DNA of 64,000 nucleotides from an uncultured Solirubrobacteraceae bacterium (GCA_963771085.1 CAVYSB010000002.1:448917-512916); one strand, 5' to 3'; counted from the first letter of the stretch, positions 45,717 through 54,840 are shown. Notes: generated by a model not told the origin, from the sequence alone. Numbers and translations are program-made.

Positions 45717-46165
45717 CGCCGCTCGCCCCCGCCGGCCGGCTGCAGCTCGCCGATCTCGATGTGGCGGCGCTCGCCGCCCCGGTGGCTGAGCGTCACGCGC
45801 AGGCGCGCACCGGCGAGCTCGCTCTCCTCTTCGGCGGGCCACTCCACGAACGCGATGCGCCCGGCGCCGAGGTAGTCGGAGAGCAGCCCCGGATCCTCCT
45901 GCTCCAGCCCGCCGAGCCGGTAGAGGTCCAGGTGCGAGACGGTCACGTCGCCCGCGCGGTAGCGGTGCCCGATGCTGAACGTGGGGCTGGTCACGGGATC
46001 GCTCACGCCGAGCGCACGGGCCGCGCCGCGCACGAGCGTGGTCTTGCCCGAGCCGAGCTCGCCCCGCACGAGCACCACATCGCCGTCGCGCAGGAGACCG
46101 GCCAGCTCGGCGCCCAGCGATTCTGTCTCCGCCGCGGAGTTCGTCTCGACACTGTGCAGGGCCAC
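45713..46165 (-). CDS. tsaE: tRNA t6A biosynthesis ATPase TsaE
   Basis: P-loop LVRGELGSGKTTLVRGAARALG, followed by SPTFSIGHRY. Confidence 0.9.
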   Translation of the reverse strand: MALHSVETNSAAETESLGAELAGLLRDGDVVLVRGELGSGKTTLVRGAARALGVSDPVTSPTFSIGHRYRAGDVTVSHLDLYRLGGLEQEDPGLLSDYLGAGRIAFVEWPAEEESELAGARLRVTLSHRGGERRHIEIGELQPAGGGERR

Positions 46166-46224
46166 CCCGAGACTCTAAAGCCTCCCGCGCGATCCACCCG
46201 CAGCGGGCGCGGAGGCGTTAAATG

Positions 46225-46259
46225 GACCGGCCCGCGGGAGAATGGAACGCGGGCCGGTC
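46225..46259 (-). terminator. perfect 12-bp hairpin between the UDG and tsaE genes
   Basis: GACCGGCCCGCG-(11 nt)-CGCGGGCCGGTC. On the minus strand it is followed by CATTTAA. It sits in an unusually AT-richer intergenic region. Confidence 0.45.
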
Positions 46260-46389
46260 GCTACTCCTGGAGGGATGGAGACAAGCTCTGTATCGGCAGC
46301 CCTCCTGGCTCACTTTAGAACTTGTCCATTAAGTTTCCACACCTCCGCAAAAACCCCTCTTTTGCAGGGAAACCCAATTCGGACGGCGT

Positions 46390-47151
46390 CTAGAACAAGC
46401 CCAGCTGGTCGGCCTCGGCACTCTCCGGGGCGGGCGGCTGCGGCGCCGCGGCACTCGGGGGCGCCTGCTCGGGCGCCTCGGGAAGGGGCTCGGGCTGCTC
46501 GGGCGGGCCCAGCGCCAGCAGCTCGGGCAGGCGTGCGAAATCCTCGCGCAGCGTCTCGAGCATGCGCGGCGTGTAGAGCGCGGCGGCCGGGTGGTAGATC
46601 GGGTAGAGGCGGATCGCGCGCGCACCCAGCACACGCACCTCCGGCTGGCCGTGCAGACGGGTGATCCCGGTCGGCTCGCCGCGCAGCAGCTTGGTGGAGA
46701 AGTTACCGAGCGTGCAGATCACCGTCGGCTCGATCAGCTCCACCTGGCGCAGCAGGTACTCCTGGCAGTTGTCGATCTCGACGGGCAGCGGATCGCGGTT
46801 GCCGGGGGGTCTGCACTTCAGCGTGTTCCCCACGAACACATCCGTACGCTCCAGTCCGATCTCCCCCAGCAGCGTGTTCAGGAGCTTGCCCGCACGACCC
46901 ACGAACGGGAGCCCCTGCTCGTCCTCGCTGGCGCCGGGCGCCTCCCCGATGAACATCAGCTCGGCGTCCGCGTTCCCGGCACCGAAGACGACCGTCTTGC
47001 GGGTCGCCGCCAGCTCCGGACAGCGCACGCACGCCCGCGTCTGCGCCAGCAGCTGCTTGAGCGCCTCGCGCCGCTCTGAGGCGGGTCGGTGGCTTGCCTG
47101 TGCGGACACCGCCACGCATCGTAATTCCTTCATGCGCCGTCCGTGAGGCAT
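46390..47151 (-). CDS. uracil-DNA glycosylase, family 4
   Basis: [51 protein letters not shown] is the family-4 UDG signature. The start is uncertain (47151 or 47133). Confidence 0.88.
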   Translation of the reverse strand: MPHGRRMKELRCVAVSAQASHRPASERREALKQLLAQTRACVRCPELAATRKTVVFGAGNADAELMFIGEAPGASEDEQGLPFVGRAGKLLNTLLGEIGLERTDVFVGNTLKCRPPGNRDPLPVEIDNCQEYLLRQVELIEPTVICTLGNFSTKLLRGEPTGITRLHGQPEVRVLGARAIRLYPIYHPAAALYTPRMLETLREDFARLPELLALGPPEQPEPLPEAPEQAPPSAAAPQPPAPESAEADQLGLF

Positions 47152-48972
47152 GATCCAGCGGTGGCCTCCGCATCCCAGCTCGCTGTGCTGGCCCCGTTCG
47201 CCGGGGTCGTCGTCGCGATCCCGCATTCAAGCGACGAGCCCGTCGGCGCGGGCAACCCCGTGGTTGTGCTCGAGGCGATGAAGATGGAGCACGAGATCCT
47301 CGCCGAAACCGACGGCGTGATCGGCGAGCTCGCCGTGGCGGTCGGCGACGCGGTCGAGGAGGGCCAGCTGCTGCTCACGCTCGCCCCCGGGGAGCGGGCT
47401 GGCACCGTGGTGGCGCGCGCAGAGGAGAGCGCGCACGGCGGGGAGCGCGCCGATCTGCGCGCGGTCCGCGAGCGCCACGAGCTGGGCCTGGATGCCGGGC
47501 GGCCCGATGCGGTCGCGCGCCGGCACGAGCGCGGCCGTCGCACCACGCGCGAGAACCTCGCCGAGCTCGTCGACGAGGGGACCTTCGTGGAGTACGGGCC
47601 GCTGCTGTTCGCCGCTCAGGAGCGGCGGCGCTCGCGCGAGGAGCTGATCGCTCGCACGCCCGCCGACGGGCTGGTGGGCGGCATCGGCGAGATCGACGGC
47701 CGCCGCTGCGTGGCGATGTCCTACGACTACACCGTGCTGGCGGGCACGCAGGGCATGCGCAACCACCAGAAGAAGGACCGGCTGTTCGAGATCGCGGAGC
47801 GCAGCAGGCTGCCGGTGGTGCTGTTCGCCGAGGGCGGCGGCGGGCGCCCCGGGGACGTGGACATGCCGATCGTGGCGGGCCTCGACTGCCGGGCCTTCGA
47901 GCTGTTCGCCCGGCTGAGCGCGCTCGTGCCGCTCGTCGGCATCGCCTCGGGCTACTGCTTCGCCGGCAACGCCGCCCTGCTCGGCTGCTGCGACGTGGTC
48001 ATCGCGACAGAGGACGCGAGCATCGGCATGGGTGGGCCGGCCATGATCGAGGGCGGCGGGCTGGGCGCCCACGCGCCCGGGGACGTGGGTCCGATCGACG
48101 TGCAGCACGCCAACGGGGTCGTCGACCTGCGCGCCGCCGACGACGCGGAGGCGGTCGCTCTGGCCAAGCGCTACCTCTCCTATTTCCGCGGTGCGGGCTC
48201 ACCCGGCGCGGTGCCCGACCAGGAGCTGCTGCGCTCGCTGATCCCTGAGCAGCGCAAGCGCGTCTATCAGGTGCGCGCAGTGGTCCAGACCATGTTCGAC
48301 GAGGGCTCCGTGCTCGAGCTGCGCGACGGCTTCGGGCCGGGCATGCTAACCGCCCTGGCGCGCGTGGAGGGACGCCCGCTCGGGGTGGTGGCCAACGATC
48401 CCACCCATCTCGGCGGGGCAATCGACGCCGACGGCGCCGACAAGGCCGCCCGCTTCGTGCAGCTGTGCGACGCGTTCGCGCTGCCGGTGCTGTTCCTGTG
48501 CGACACACCCGGCTTCATGGTCGGCCCCGCGGCCGAGCGCACGGCCACCGTGCGCCACTTCGCGCGCATGTTCCTGGGGGGCGCCAACCTGAGCGTCCCC
48601 ACGGGGACCATCGTCCTGCGCAAGGGCTACGGGCTCGGCGCGCAGGCCATGGCCGGAGGCGGTTTCAAGGCGCCGCTGTTCACCGTCGCGTGGCCCACCG
48701 CGGAGTTCGGCGCGATGGGCCTCGAGGGCGCCGTGCGCCTGGGCATGCGCCGCGAGCTCGACGCGATCGATGACCCGGCCGAGCGCGAGCGGGCCTTCGA
48801 GGCCTACGTCGCCGCCGCCTACGAGCGCGGGCGCGGCCTCAATATGGCCGCCTACGGCGAGATCGACGACGTGATCGATCCCGCCGACTCGCGTCGCTGG
48901 ATCGCCACGCTGTTCGACGGCGACAGCGCGGAGCGGCCCGGCAAGCGCCGGCCGCACATCGACGCGTGGTGA
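47143..48972 (+). CDS. biotinyl-domain / acyl-CoA carboxyltransferase fusion protein
   Basis: N-terminal BCCP-like domain with [12 protein letters not shown] (biotinyl-Lys motif), followed by a carboxyltransferase domain of about 520 aa (propionyl-/methylcrotonyl-CoA carboxylase beta-like). Confidence 0.85.
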   Translation: MRHDPAVASASQLAVLAPFAGVVVAIPHSSDEPVGAGNPVVVLEAMKMEHEILAETDGVIGELAVAVGDAVEEGQLLLTLAPGERAGTVVARAEESAHGGERADLRAVRERHELGLDAGRPDAVARRHERGRRTTRENLAELVDEGTFVEYGPLLFAAQERRRSREELIARTPADGLVGGIGEIDGRRCVAMSYDYTVLAGTQGMRNHQKKDRLFEIAERSRLPVVLFAEGGGGRPGDVDMPIVAGLDCRAFELFARLSALVPLVGIASGYCFAGNAALLGCCDVVIATEDASIGMGGPAMIEGGGLGAHAPGDVGPIDVQHANGVVDLRAADDAEAVALAKRYLSYFRGAGSPGAVPDQELLRSLIPEQRKRVYQVRAVVQTMFDEGSVLELRDGFGPGMLTALARVEGRPLGVVANDPTHLGGAIDADGADKAARFVQLCDAFALPVLFLCDTPGFMVGPAAERTATVRHFARMFLGGANLSVPTGTIVLRKGYGLGAQAMAGGGFKAPLFTVAWPTAEFGAMGLEGAVRLGMRRELDAIDDPAERERAFEAYVAAAYERGRGLNMAAYGEIDDVIDPADSRRWIATLFDGDSAERPGKRRPHIDAW

Positions 48973-49034
48973 GCAGCTTCCAGGCCGCCCGGAATCACGC
49001 CACGATCACCAGGGTCCCGCGCGCCGCAGCCTGC

Positions 49035-49472
49035 CTATGGGGCTGCCGCGCTCGTCTCGCGCGCTTTGGGCCCCAGCAGGTAGGCCACCAACGCCAAGGC
49101 CGCGAGGCTGCCGGACTCCCACAAGAGGCCATCCAAGCCTGCGGCCACGATATCGGCGTCCCCGAGTCCCCGAATCCCCGAGGTTTCTTCGAGCTGGCGG
49201 ACGATCTCCCAAACATGAAGACCGGCAAGGGCAACGACAGCCCCTGCCAGGCCACAGACCACGAAGTACACCAGCGTCCCCACCGCCCCCTCACCAAGCG
49301 GCGGCAGCCATGTCGTGGCTGCCCACACGCCCGCACTGAAGCAGGCCACAACGACGATCGCGAGCACCACCATGGCGGCAGACGATAAGCGATTGCTTCG
49401 CGACGGACCCTTCACCACGCGGGGCAAGGAAAACTGCATACCTTGATCAGATAACTGTGCCATTGCGCACAC
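49035..49472 (-). CDS. hypothetical multi-TM membrane protein
   Basis: Three to four hydrophobic segments (AAMVVLAIVVVACFSAGVWAA, LVYFVVCGLAGAVVALAGL, SLAALALVAYLLG). The start is uncertain. Confidence 0.45.
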   Translation of the reverse strand: MCAMAQLSDQGMQFSLPRVVKGPSRSNRLSSAAMVVLAIVVVACFSAGVWAATTWLPPLGEGAVGTLVYFVVCGLAGAVVALAGLHVWEIVRQLEETSGIRGLGDADIVAAGLDGLLWESGSLAALALVAYLLGPKARETSAAAP

Positions 49473-49486
49473 AGCGGCTGCGCTCG

Positions 49487-49515
49487 TTCCACACGGTCCG
49501 CCACCGCTGTATCAT
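49487..49515 (+). promoter_or_regulatory. candidate sigma-70-type promoter for the pan operon (TTCCAC-N17-TATCAT)
   Basis: -35-like hexamer at 49487-49492 and -10-like hexamer at 49510-49515, about 135 nt upstream of the panC ATG. Confidence 0.3.
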
Positions 49516-49650
49516 CCGTTGCAGGGCCGTCATCGGGAAGTGCCGAGGTGGACCCTGATGGGCAGTGCAACGGGACCTGAAGTCGCGCCGGTATCCATCT
49601 GGAACTGGACCGAAACCAATGATCACCATCACCCTGACCTCGCTGAGCGC

Positions 49651-50556
49651 ATGAGAACGGTGCGCGCTGTCGCAGGGCTGCGCGCCGAGCTCGCGCCGGC
49701 CCGCCGCGAGGGGCTGACGATCGGCCTCGTGCCCACGATGGGCGCGCTGCACGAGGGGCACCTCTCGCTCGTGCGCCGCGCACGCGAGCGATGCGACGTG
49801 GTCGTGGTGTCGCTGTTCGTGAATCCCTCGCAGTTCAACGAGCGCTCCGATCTCGAGCGCTACCCGCGCGACGAGCAGCGCGACGCGGAGCTGGCGCAGC
49901 AGGCGGGAGCCGATCTGCTGTTCGCGCCCGCGGTCGAGGAGGTGTACCCGCACGGGTTCGCCACCGCCGTCGAGGTGCACGGCGTGAGCGAGCGCCTCGA
50001 GGGCGAGACGCGCGGTGCCGAGCACTTCCGCGGCGTCGCAACGGTGGTCACCAAGCTGCTCTGCATGGCGCTGCCGGACATCGCCTACTTCGGCCAGAAG
50101 GACGCCCAGCAGGTCGTCGTGATCCGCCGTCTGGTCGCCGACCTCGATCTCCCGGTCGCGATCGATGCCTGCCCCACGGTGCGCGAGGCCGACGGGCTCG
50201 CCATGTCCAGCCGCAACGCGCTGCTCTCGCCCGCCGAGCGCCTGCGCGCGCCCGCGCTGCACGCCGCGCTCGAGCGCGTCCGCCGGCTCGCCGACGCGGG
50301 TGAGAGCGCGCCCGCGGTGCTGCTCCACGAGGCCCACGAGACGCTGCGCTCCCGCGGCGTGAGCGCGGAGTACGTGGCGCTCGTCGACCCCGACACGCTC
50401 GAGCCGATCGACGAGCTGCGCGCGCCGGCCCTGCTGGCGCTCGCAGCGCGCATCGGCGCTGTCCGCCTGATCGACAACGCCACCATCGAGCCGGCCCTCG
50501 CGGCCAGCCCCGGCCAACCACCCCAGGGAGAGGCGATCGCCACATGCAGCGCGTGA
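49651..50556 (+). CDS. panC: pantoate--beta-alanine ligase
   Basis: [17 protein letters not shown]...[12 protein letters not shown]...FRGVATVV. Start set at MRTVRAV. Confidence 0.93.
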   Translation: MRTVRAVAGLRAELAPARREGLTIGLVPTMGALHEGHLSLVRRARERCDVVVVSLFVNPSQFNERSDLERYPRDEQRDAELAQQAGADLLFAPAVEEVYPHGFATAVEVHGVSERLEGETRGAEHFRGVATVVTKLLCMALPDIAYFGQKDAQQVVVIRRLVADLDLPVAIDACPTVREADGLAMSSRNALLSPAERLRAPALHAALERVRRLADAGESAPAVLLHEAHETLRSRGVSAEYVALVDPDTLEPIDELRAPALLALAARIGAVRLIDNATIEPALAASPGQPPQGEAIATCSA

Positions 50557-50927
50557 TGATGAAGTCCAAGATCCACCGGGCCACGGTCACCGACTGCGAC
50601 CTGCACTACGTGGGCTCGATAACGATCGACCCAGAGCTGCTGGGTGCGGCCGACATCCTCGAGCACGAGCAGGTGCACGTCGTGGACATCGACAACGGCG
50701 CGCGCTTTGAGACCTACACGATCGCCGGCGAGCCGGGCTCGGGCGACATGCGCGTCAACGGCGCCGCCGCCCGCCTGGTGCACCGCGGCGACACGATCAT
50801 CGTCATCTCCTACGGCCAGTACGACGAGGCCGAGCTGGAGCGCTATACGCCGCGCGTCGTGCACGTGCAGGCGCAGACCAACCGCATCATCACCGTCGAC
50901 GACGAGGTGGCGACCCTGCTCTCCTAG
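50544..50927 (+). CDS. panD: aspartate 1-decarboxylase
   Basis: [25 protein letters not shown] includes the self-processing G-S site. Confidence 0.95.
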   Translation: MQRVMMKSKIHRATVTDCDLHYVGSITIDPELLGAADILEHEQVHVVDIDNGARFETYTIAGEPGSGDMRVNGAAARLVHRGDTIIVISYGQYDEAELERYTPRVVHVQAQTNRIITVDDEVATLLS

Positions 50928-50964
50928 GGAGCGGGCGTCAACCGAGCGTCAGAGAGGAACCGCA

Positions 50965-51852
50965 ATGTCCAGCCACCCCACGCTGCAGACGCCGGCCGAT
51001 CCCGGCCGCCTGCCCATGACGCTGCCGCTGCTGAGCGAGAAGAAGCGCCTCGGCGAACCGATCGTGATGGTCACCGCCTATGACTACCCCAGCGCCCGCG
51101 CCGCCGAGGCCGCCGGCGTGGACCTCGTGCTGGTCGGCGACTCGGCCGCCACGACCGTGCTCGGCTACAGCGCCACCACGCCCGTCGCTCTCGAGGACAT
51201 GCTCGTCCTCACGCGCGCCGCGCGACGCGGCCTCGCCACGCCGCTGCTGATCGGCGACCTGCCCTTCGGCTCCTACGAGGTCTCCGACGAGCAGGCCATC
51301 ACGACCGCCATGCGGATGGTCAAGGAGGCCGGCTGTGACGCGGTCAAGCTCGAGGGCGGCGGCGAGGCATCGGCCAGCCGCGCCCGCGCGATCGTCGGCG
51401 CGGGCATCCCCGTGATGGGGCACGTGGGGCTCACGCCCCAGACCGCGACCGCGCTCGGTGGCTGGAAGGCGCAGGGCCGCACCGCCGCCGCCGCCGCGCG
51501 CATCGCCGCCGAGGCGCTCGCGCTGCAGGCCGCCGGCTGCTTTGCGATCGTCTTCGAGGCGATCCCCAGCGCGGTCACCGAGGAGCTCATGGCGCTGCTG
51601 GAGGTTCCCGTGATCGGCATCGGCGCCGGGCCCGCGACCGACGGGCAGGTGCTCGTCTTCCACGATCTGCTCGGCATCCGCGACGGGCTCGGCGCGCGCT
51701 TCGTCAAGCGCTACGCGAACATCCAGCAGGACATGAACGAGGGCGTGCGCGCCTACGCCGAGGACGTGCGCGCGCGCCGCTATCCCGGCCCCGAGCACAC
51801 CTACTCGATCGACCCCGCGGAGCTCGCCGAGCTGCAGGCGCAGCTGGGCTGA
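50965..51852 (+). CDS. panB: 3-methyl-2-oxobutanoate hydroxymethyltransferase
   Basis: IVMVTAYDYPSARAAEAAGVDLVLVGDS...DLPFGSY...AVKLEGG...GHVGLTPQ. Confidence 0.93.
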   Translation: MSSHPTLQTPADPGRLPMTLPLLSEKKRLGEPIVMVTAYDYPSARAAEAAGVDLVLVGDSAATTVLGYSATTPVALEDMLVLTRAARRGLATPLLIGDLPFGSYEVSDEQAITTAMRMVKEAGCDAVKLEGGGEASASRARAIVGAGIPVMGHVGLTPQTATALGGWKAQGRTAAAAARIAAEALALQAAGCFAIVFEAIPSAVTEELMALLEVPVIGIGAGPATDGQVLVFHDLLGIRDGLGARFVKRYANIQQDMNEGVRAYAEDVRARRYPGPEHTYSIDPAELAELQAQLG

Positions 51853-51867
51853 GGGGCCCGCGCGGCG

Positions 51868-52284
51868 CTAGTCGGGCGCCTCGATCGAGGCGCCCGCAGA
51901 GCGGGCCGCGATCGCCGCATCGATCTGCGCCCCCACGCTCGGCATCTCCGCGACCACCCTGCGCAGGTCGCGCGCCGTCATCACGATCACGCTCAGCTCG
52001 CTGGCCGCCGTCACCGTGGCGTTGCGGCGCACGTCGCGTACCGCCCCGATCTCGCCCGCGAAGTCGCCCGGGCCAAGCGTCGCCAGCAGCTCGCCCCCGC
52101 GGCTGACCTCCGCGCTGCCCGTGCGGATCAGCAGGAACTCGTGGGCGAAGGCCCCCTCGTGTATCAGCCTGGTGCCTGCCGGGACCGCGATCTCGTCCGT
52201 CACGCTCGCCAGCCGCCGGAGCTCCTGCGGCGAGAGCTCCGCGAACAGTCCCACGGTCTTGAGCTTGGACTCCTCCATCAGCAC
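51868..52284 (-). CDS. stand-alone cyclic-nucleotide-binding domain protein
   Basis: LFAELSPQELRRL...AGTRLIHEGAFAHEFLLI..G.AEV...LGPGDFAGEIG...RNATVTA matches the cNMP-binding (CAP effector) fold. No output domain is present. Confidence 0.8.
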   Translation of the reverse strand: MLMEESKLKTVGLFAELSPQELRRLASVTDEIAVPAGTRLIHEGAFAHEFLLIRTGSAEVSRGGELLATLGPGDFAGEIGAVRDVRRNATVTAASELSVIVMTARDLRRVVAEMPSVGAQIDAAIAARSAGASIEAPD

Positions 52285-52374
52285 CTCACACGCCCGGGAG
52301 CCGCATCGGCGACCCGCCCGGCGCTGACACGGCGCGATTCTACGCGAGGCACATCCCCGCCCGGCGCCCGGCGC

Positions 52375-53865
52375 TCACGGACACGCGACGGCGAGCGCGC
52401 AGCCGCCGCCGGTTTCGCTCGGTCCGCCCGGCGGGCTGCCCGCGGGCTGGCTGGGGGCCGTGGTGGTCGTGGTCGGGGGCGGCGGAGGCGGGGCCTGCGC
52501 AGGCGTGCTAGGCGTGGTGCTCGCCGGAGGCGGCGGCGGGGTCGCCGGGACGGGCGCAGGCGGACTGCTGATGCGGCGCCGCGCCCGCTGGGGGCCGTGA
52601 TGGTGCGACCGGCGCGGTGGCGGGGTGCGCGGCACGCCCGCGAGGGCGAGGGTGCCGTGCGCGGCCGGCGGGGCATCCGGTCCAGTGGAGGTCGGCTGGG
52701 TGGAGCCATGCCCGGCCGTCGCCCGGGCATGGGTGCGGTGCGCGGCGAGCGAGCGCCCGGCGCCGTGGCGCGTCGCCGGCAGCGCACCGGCCGGCGACGG
52801 GGCGAGCGTCTGCAGCGTGAGGTGGCGCTCGGGGGCGATGCTGCCGGCCTGCGTGAGCGCGAGCAGCAGCACGAGCACGCCCAGCGCGGCGGCTGCGGTC
52901 AGCCAGCGCCGGCGGCCCCTGAACCGCGGCGCGCCCGCACCGCTGCGCGTGATCCATGGGACGCCCCGCGCCATTGCCGCAGGGCCCGGCGGACGCGGCG
53001 GATCGCCGACGTGACTCCAGTCGGCACCCACAAGCTGGGCGGCGCGAGCGATCGTGGCGTGGCGCAGCCAGGCCAGCGCCACGATCGGCCCGAGCGCGCG
53101 GTAGGAAACGCCGGCCTCCTCCATCGCCTCGGCGCTCAGCCTGCAGGTCTCGCAGAGGGTGACGTGTGCGCTCAGCCAGTCGAGCTCGTCGCCGCCCGCG
53201 CCCTGGGCGTCCTGCACGCGCGCGAGCAGCGGCAGGGCGCGCTCGCAATCCGGCGAGGCGGGCGCGATCGACGCCAGCGCCCCGCCCCTCACGAGCTCGC
53301 GCAGGCGCAGGCGGGCGCGCGAGATCAGCTGGGCGACCGCGTTGCTGTTGAGGCCGATGATCTGCCCGATCTCCTCGTAGGAGAGCTGCTCGAGCTCCCG
53401 CAGCGCGAGCACCTCGCGCTGGCGCGCGGACAGCTGCGCGTTGGCCGCCCGCACCTGCGCGCGCGTGGCGTCCAGCAGCGCGGCCCGCTCGGGGTCGAGC
53501 GCCAGCTCGCCCGGCTCCGGGCCGCCCGGCTCGAGACGCTCGAGCTGCTCACCCACCGGCTCGACCCGCCTCCTGGCCTCGATCGCGTCATAGCACGCGT
53601 TGCGCGCTGTAGTGAGCGCATATGCGATGAAGTTCAAGTCGCGGCCCTGCAGGGCCGGCAGACGCCGCAGCAGGCGCATGAAGGTCTCCTGGGTCGCTTC
53701 CGCCGCCGCGTCCTCGCTGCCAAGCATCCGCAGGCAGAAGCCGAACACGCGGCGCTCGTGGCGGTCGTAGAGCCGCGCGAACGCGTCCCCGTCGCCCGCG
53801 AGCGCCAGCCTCGCGAGCTCGCGATCGTCGGGTGCGGCGCGGGCGCTTGCGGTTGTGCTCGCCAT
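52375..53865 (-). CDS. ECF sigma factor fused to a ZAS-type anti-sigma domain, a TM helix and a Pro/Thr-rich extracytoplasmic tail
   Basis: Sigma-2 (FARLYDRHERRVFGFCLRMLG..AEATQETF) and sigma-4 (LSARQREVLALRELEQLSYEEIGQIIGLNSNAVAQLISRAR) are followed by C207...H234-x3-C-x2-C241 (encoded near 53143-53166). A TM segment (WLTAAAALGVLVLLLALTQAG, encoded 52846-52905) and a PPPP/TTTT-rich tail follow. All lie in one uninterrupted ORF. Confidence 0.8.
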   Translation of the reverse strand: MASTTASARAAPDDRELARLALAGDGDAFARLYDRHERRVFGFCLRMLGSEDAAAEATQETFMRLLRRLPALQGRDLNFIAYALTTARNACYDAIEARRRVEPVGEQLERLEPGGPEPGELALDPERAALLDATRAQVRAANAQLSARQREVLALRELEQLSYEEIGQIIGLNSNAVAQLISRARLRLRELVRGGALASIAPASPDCERALPLLARVQDAQGAGGDELDWLSAHVTLCETCRLSAEAMEEAGVSYRALGPIVALAWLRHATIARAAQLVGADWSHVGDPPRPPGPAAMARGVPWITRSGAGAPRFRGRRRWLTAAAALGVLVLLLALTQAGSIAPERHLTLQTLAPSPAGALPATRHGAGRSLAAHRTHARATAGHGSTQPTSTGPDAPPAAHGTLALAGVPRTPPPRRSHHHGPQRARRRISSPPAPVPATPPPPPASTTPSTPAQAPPPPPPTTTTTAPSQPAGSPPGGPSETGGGCALAVACP

Positions 53866-54130
53866 GGCCACCTGCTCACGGCGATTCTCCCACGACACGC
53901 CCGCGCGGGCAAGCTGCCGGCCGTCTGCTGGACATCCGCTGGTCCTTTCCCCCGCCGCGCGGGACGGGTGTTCAGTGCTCACGGACCTCCAACCCGCGGG
54001 GCGCCCGATCCTTACGCGGCGTGGCACGCGAATTTTCTTTCCGGCGGGCGTAAGGAAGCGGGCGCCGGCCCGTTGAGGGAACGAAGCGCACAAACCGGGC
54101 AAGCGCCCTCAACACCACAGGAGGCATCCC

Positions 54131-54790
54131 ATGTCACAGCTCCACCCCACAGTCCCCGCCGCCCTCTCGATCATCGCCGTGGCCCTCGGCCCGGCCGCCA
54201 CGGGCGCGCTCGGCGCGAGCAGCCACCACGCCGGCGGGCACCACAGCCACCGCAAACCGTCGCTCGTGGGGCCCCGCGGCGCGACCGGCCCGCGGGGCCC
54301 CATGGGCGCCATCGGCCCTGCCGGCCCCGCGGGCGCGACGGGTGCCACCGGCGCGACCGGCGCGCAGGGCCCGGGCGCAGTCGAGTACACCTACAACTCG
54401 AGCGCGCCGGCGGCCAGCGAACAGAACACGCCGCTCGGTCCCGCCGGCCCGTTCAAGCTGACCGCCAGCTGCGTGCAGCTCGGCCCGACGCTGCTCGTGG
54501 TCGACCTCGGCGCGAGCAACGCGCTCGACGTGGGCATCGACAACGTGCGCACCGAAGCCGATGACGGCAGCCCCACCGAGACCTCGCTCGACAGCTTCAC
54601 GCAGCCCGCCACGAGCACACCGACCACGCTCTTCGGGCTGGCCAGCGACGCAACCGGGACCGAGGAAAGCTACGGCCTGGGTCACATGACGGTGACCTGG
54701 CCCGTGCACGGCGAGCTCGAAGTGTTCGCCCACGTCTCCGAGGGCACGCACGTCTGCCACCTCTCGACCGTCTGGGTGCCCGCATCCTGA
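54131..54790 (+). CDS. secreted collagen-like repeat protein
   Basis: N-terminal hydrophobic segment, a His-rich linker, twelve uninterrupted G-X-Y triplets (GPRGATGPRGPMGAIGPAGPAGATGATGATGAQGPG, encoded 54269-54376), then a C-terminal domain of about 135 aa. A GGAGG SD precedes the ATG. Confidence 0.75.
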   Translation: MSQLHPTVPAALSIIAVALGPAATGALGASSHHAGGHHSHRKPSLVGPRGATGPRGPMGAIGPAGPAGATGATGATGAQGPGAVEYTYNSSAPAASEQNTPLGPAGPFKLTASCVQLGPTLLVVDLGASNALDVGIDNVRTEADDGSPTETSLDSFTQPATSTPTTLFGLASDATGTEESYGLGHMTVTWPVHGELEVFAHVSEGTHVCHLSTVWVPAS

Positions 54791-54840
54791 CGCGCGCCTG
54801 CCGGTCCGCGCGGCCGCCGCGTCGGACTGCGGTGGGCCAG

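Noticed and set aside
46322-46341. Rex-operator-like sequence TTGTCCA-ttaagt-TTCCACA upstream of the tsaE-rex operon
   Set aside because: Only about 9 of 14 positions match TTGTGAA-N-TTCACAA, and the two halves are not inverted repeats of each other.
54078-54104. GGAAC (54078-54082) as the -35 of an ECF-type promoter for the collagen-like gene
   Set aside because: No CGT/GTT-type -10 element lies at the expected 16-17 nt spacing. The match is too weak to call.
54269-54376. Short-period DNA repeats (here, at 60031-60075 and at 23516-24274) considered as CRISPR or non-coding tandem arrays
   Set aside because: All are in frame within good ORFs and encode GXY, APAPV or IPT/TIG protein repeats. 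No repeat-spacer architecture occurs anywhere in the window.
52141-54564. 807-aa plus-strand ORF spanning the cNMP-binding gene, the ECF fusion gene and part of the collagen-like gene
   Set aside because: It is an Arg-rich nonsense translation. It overlaps three better-supported genes on both strands.
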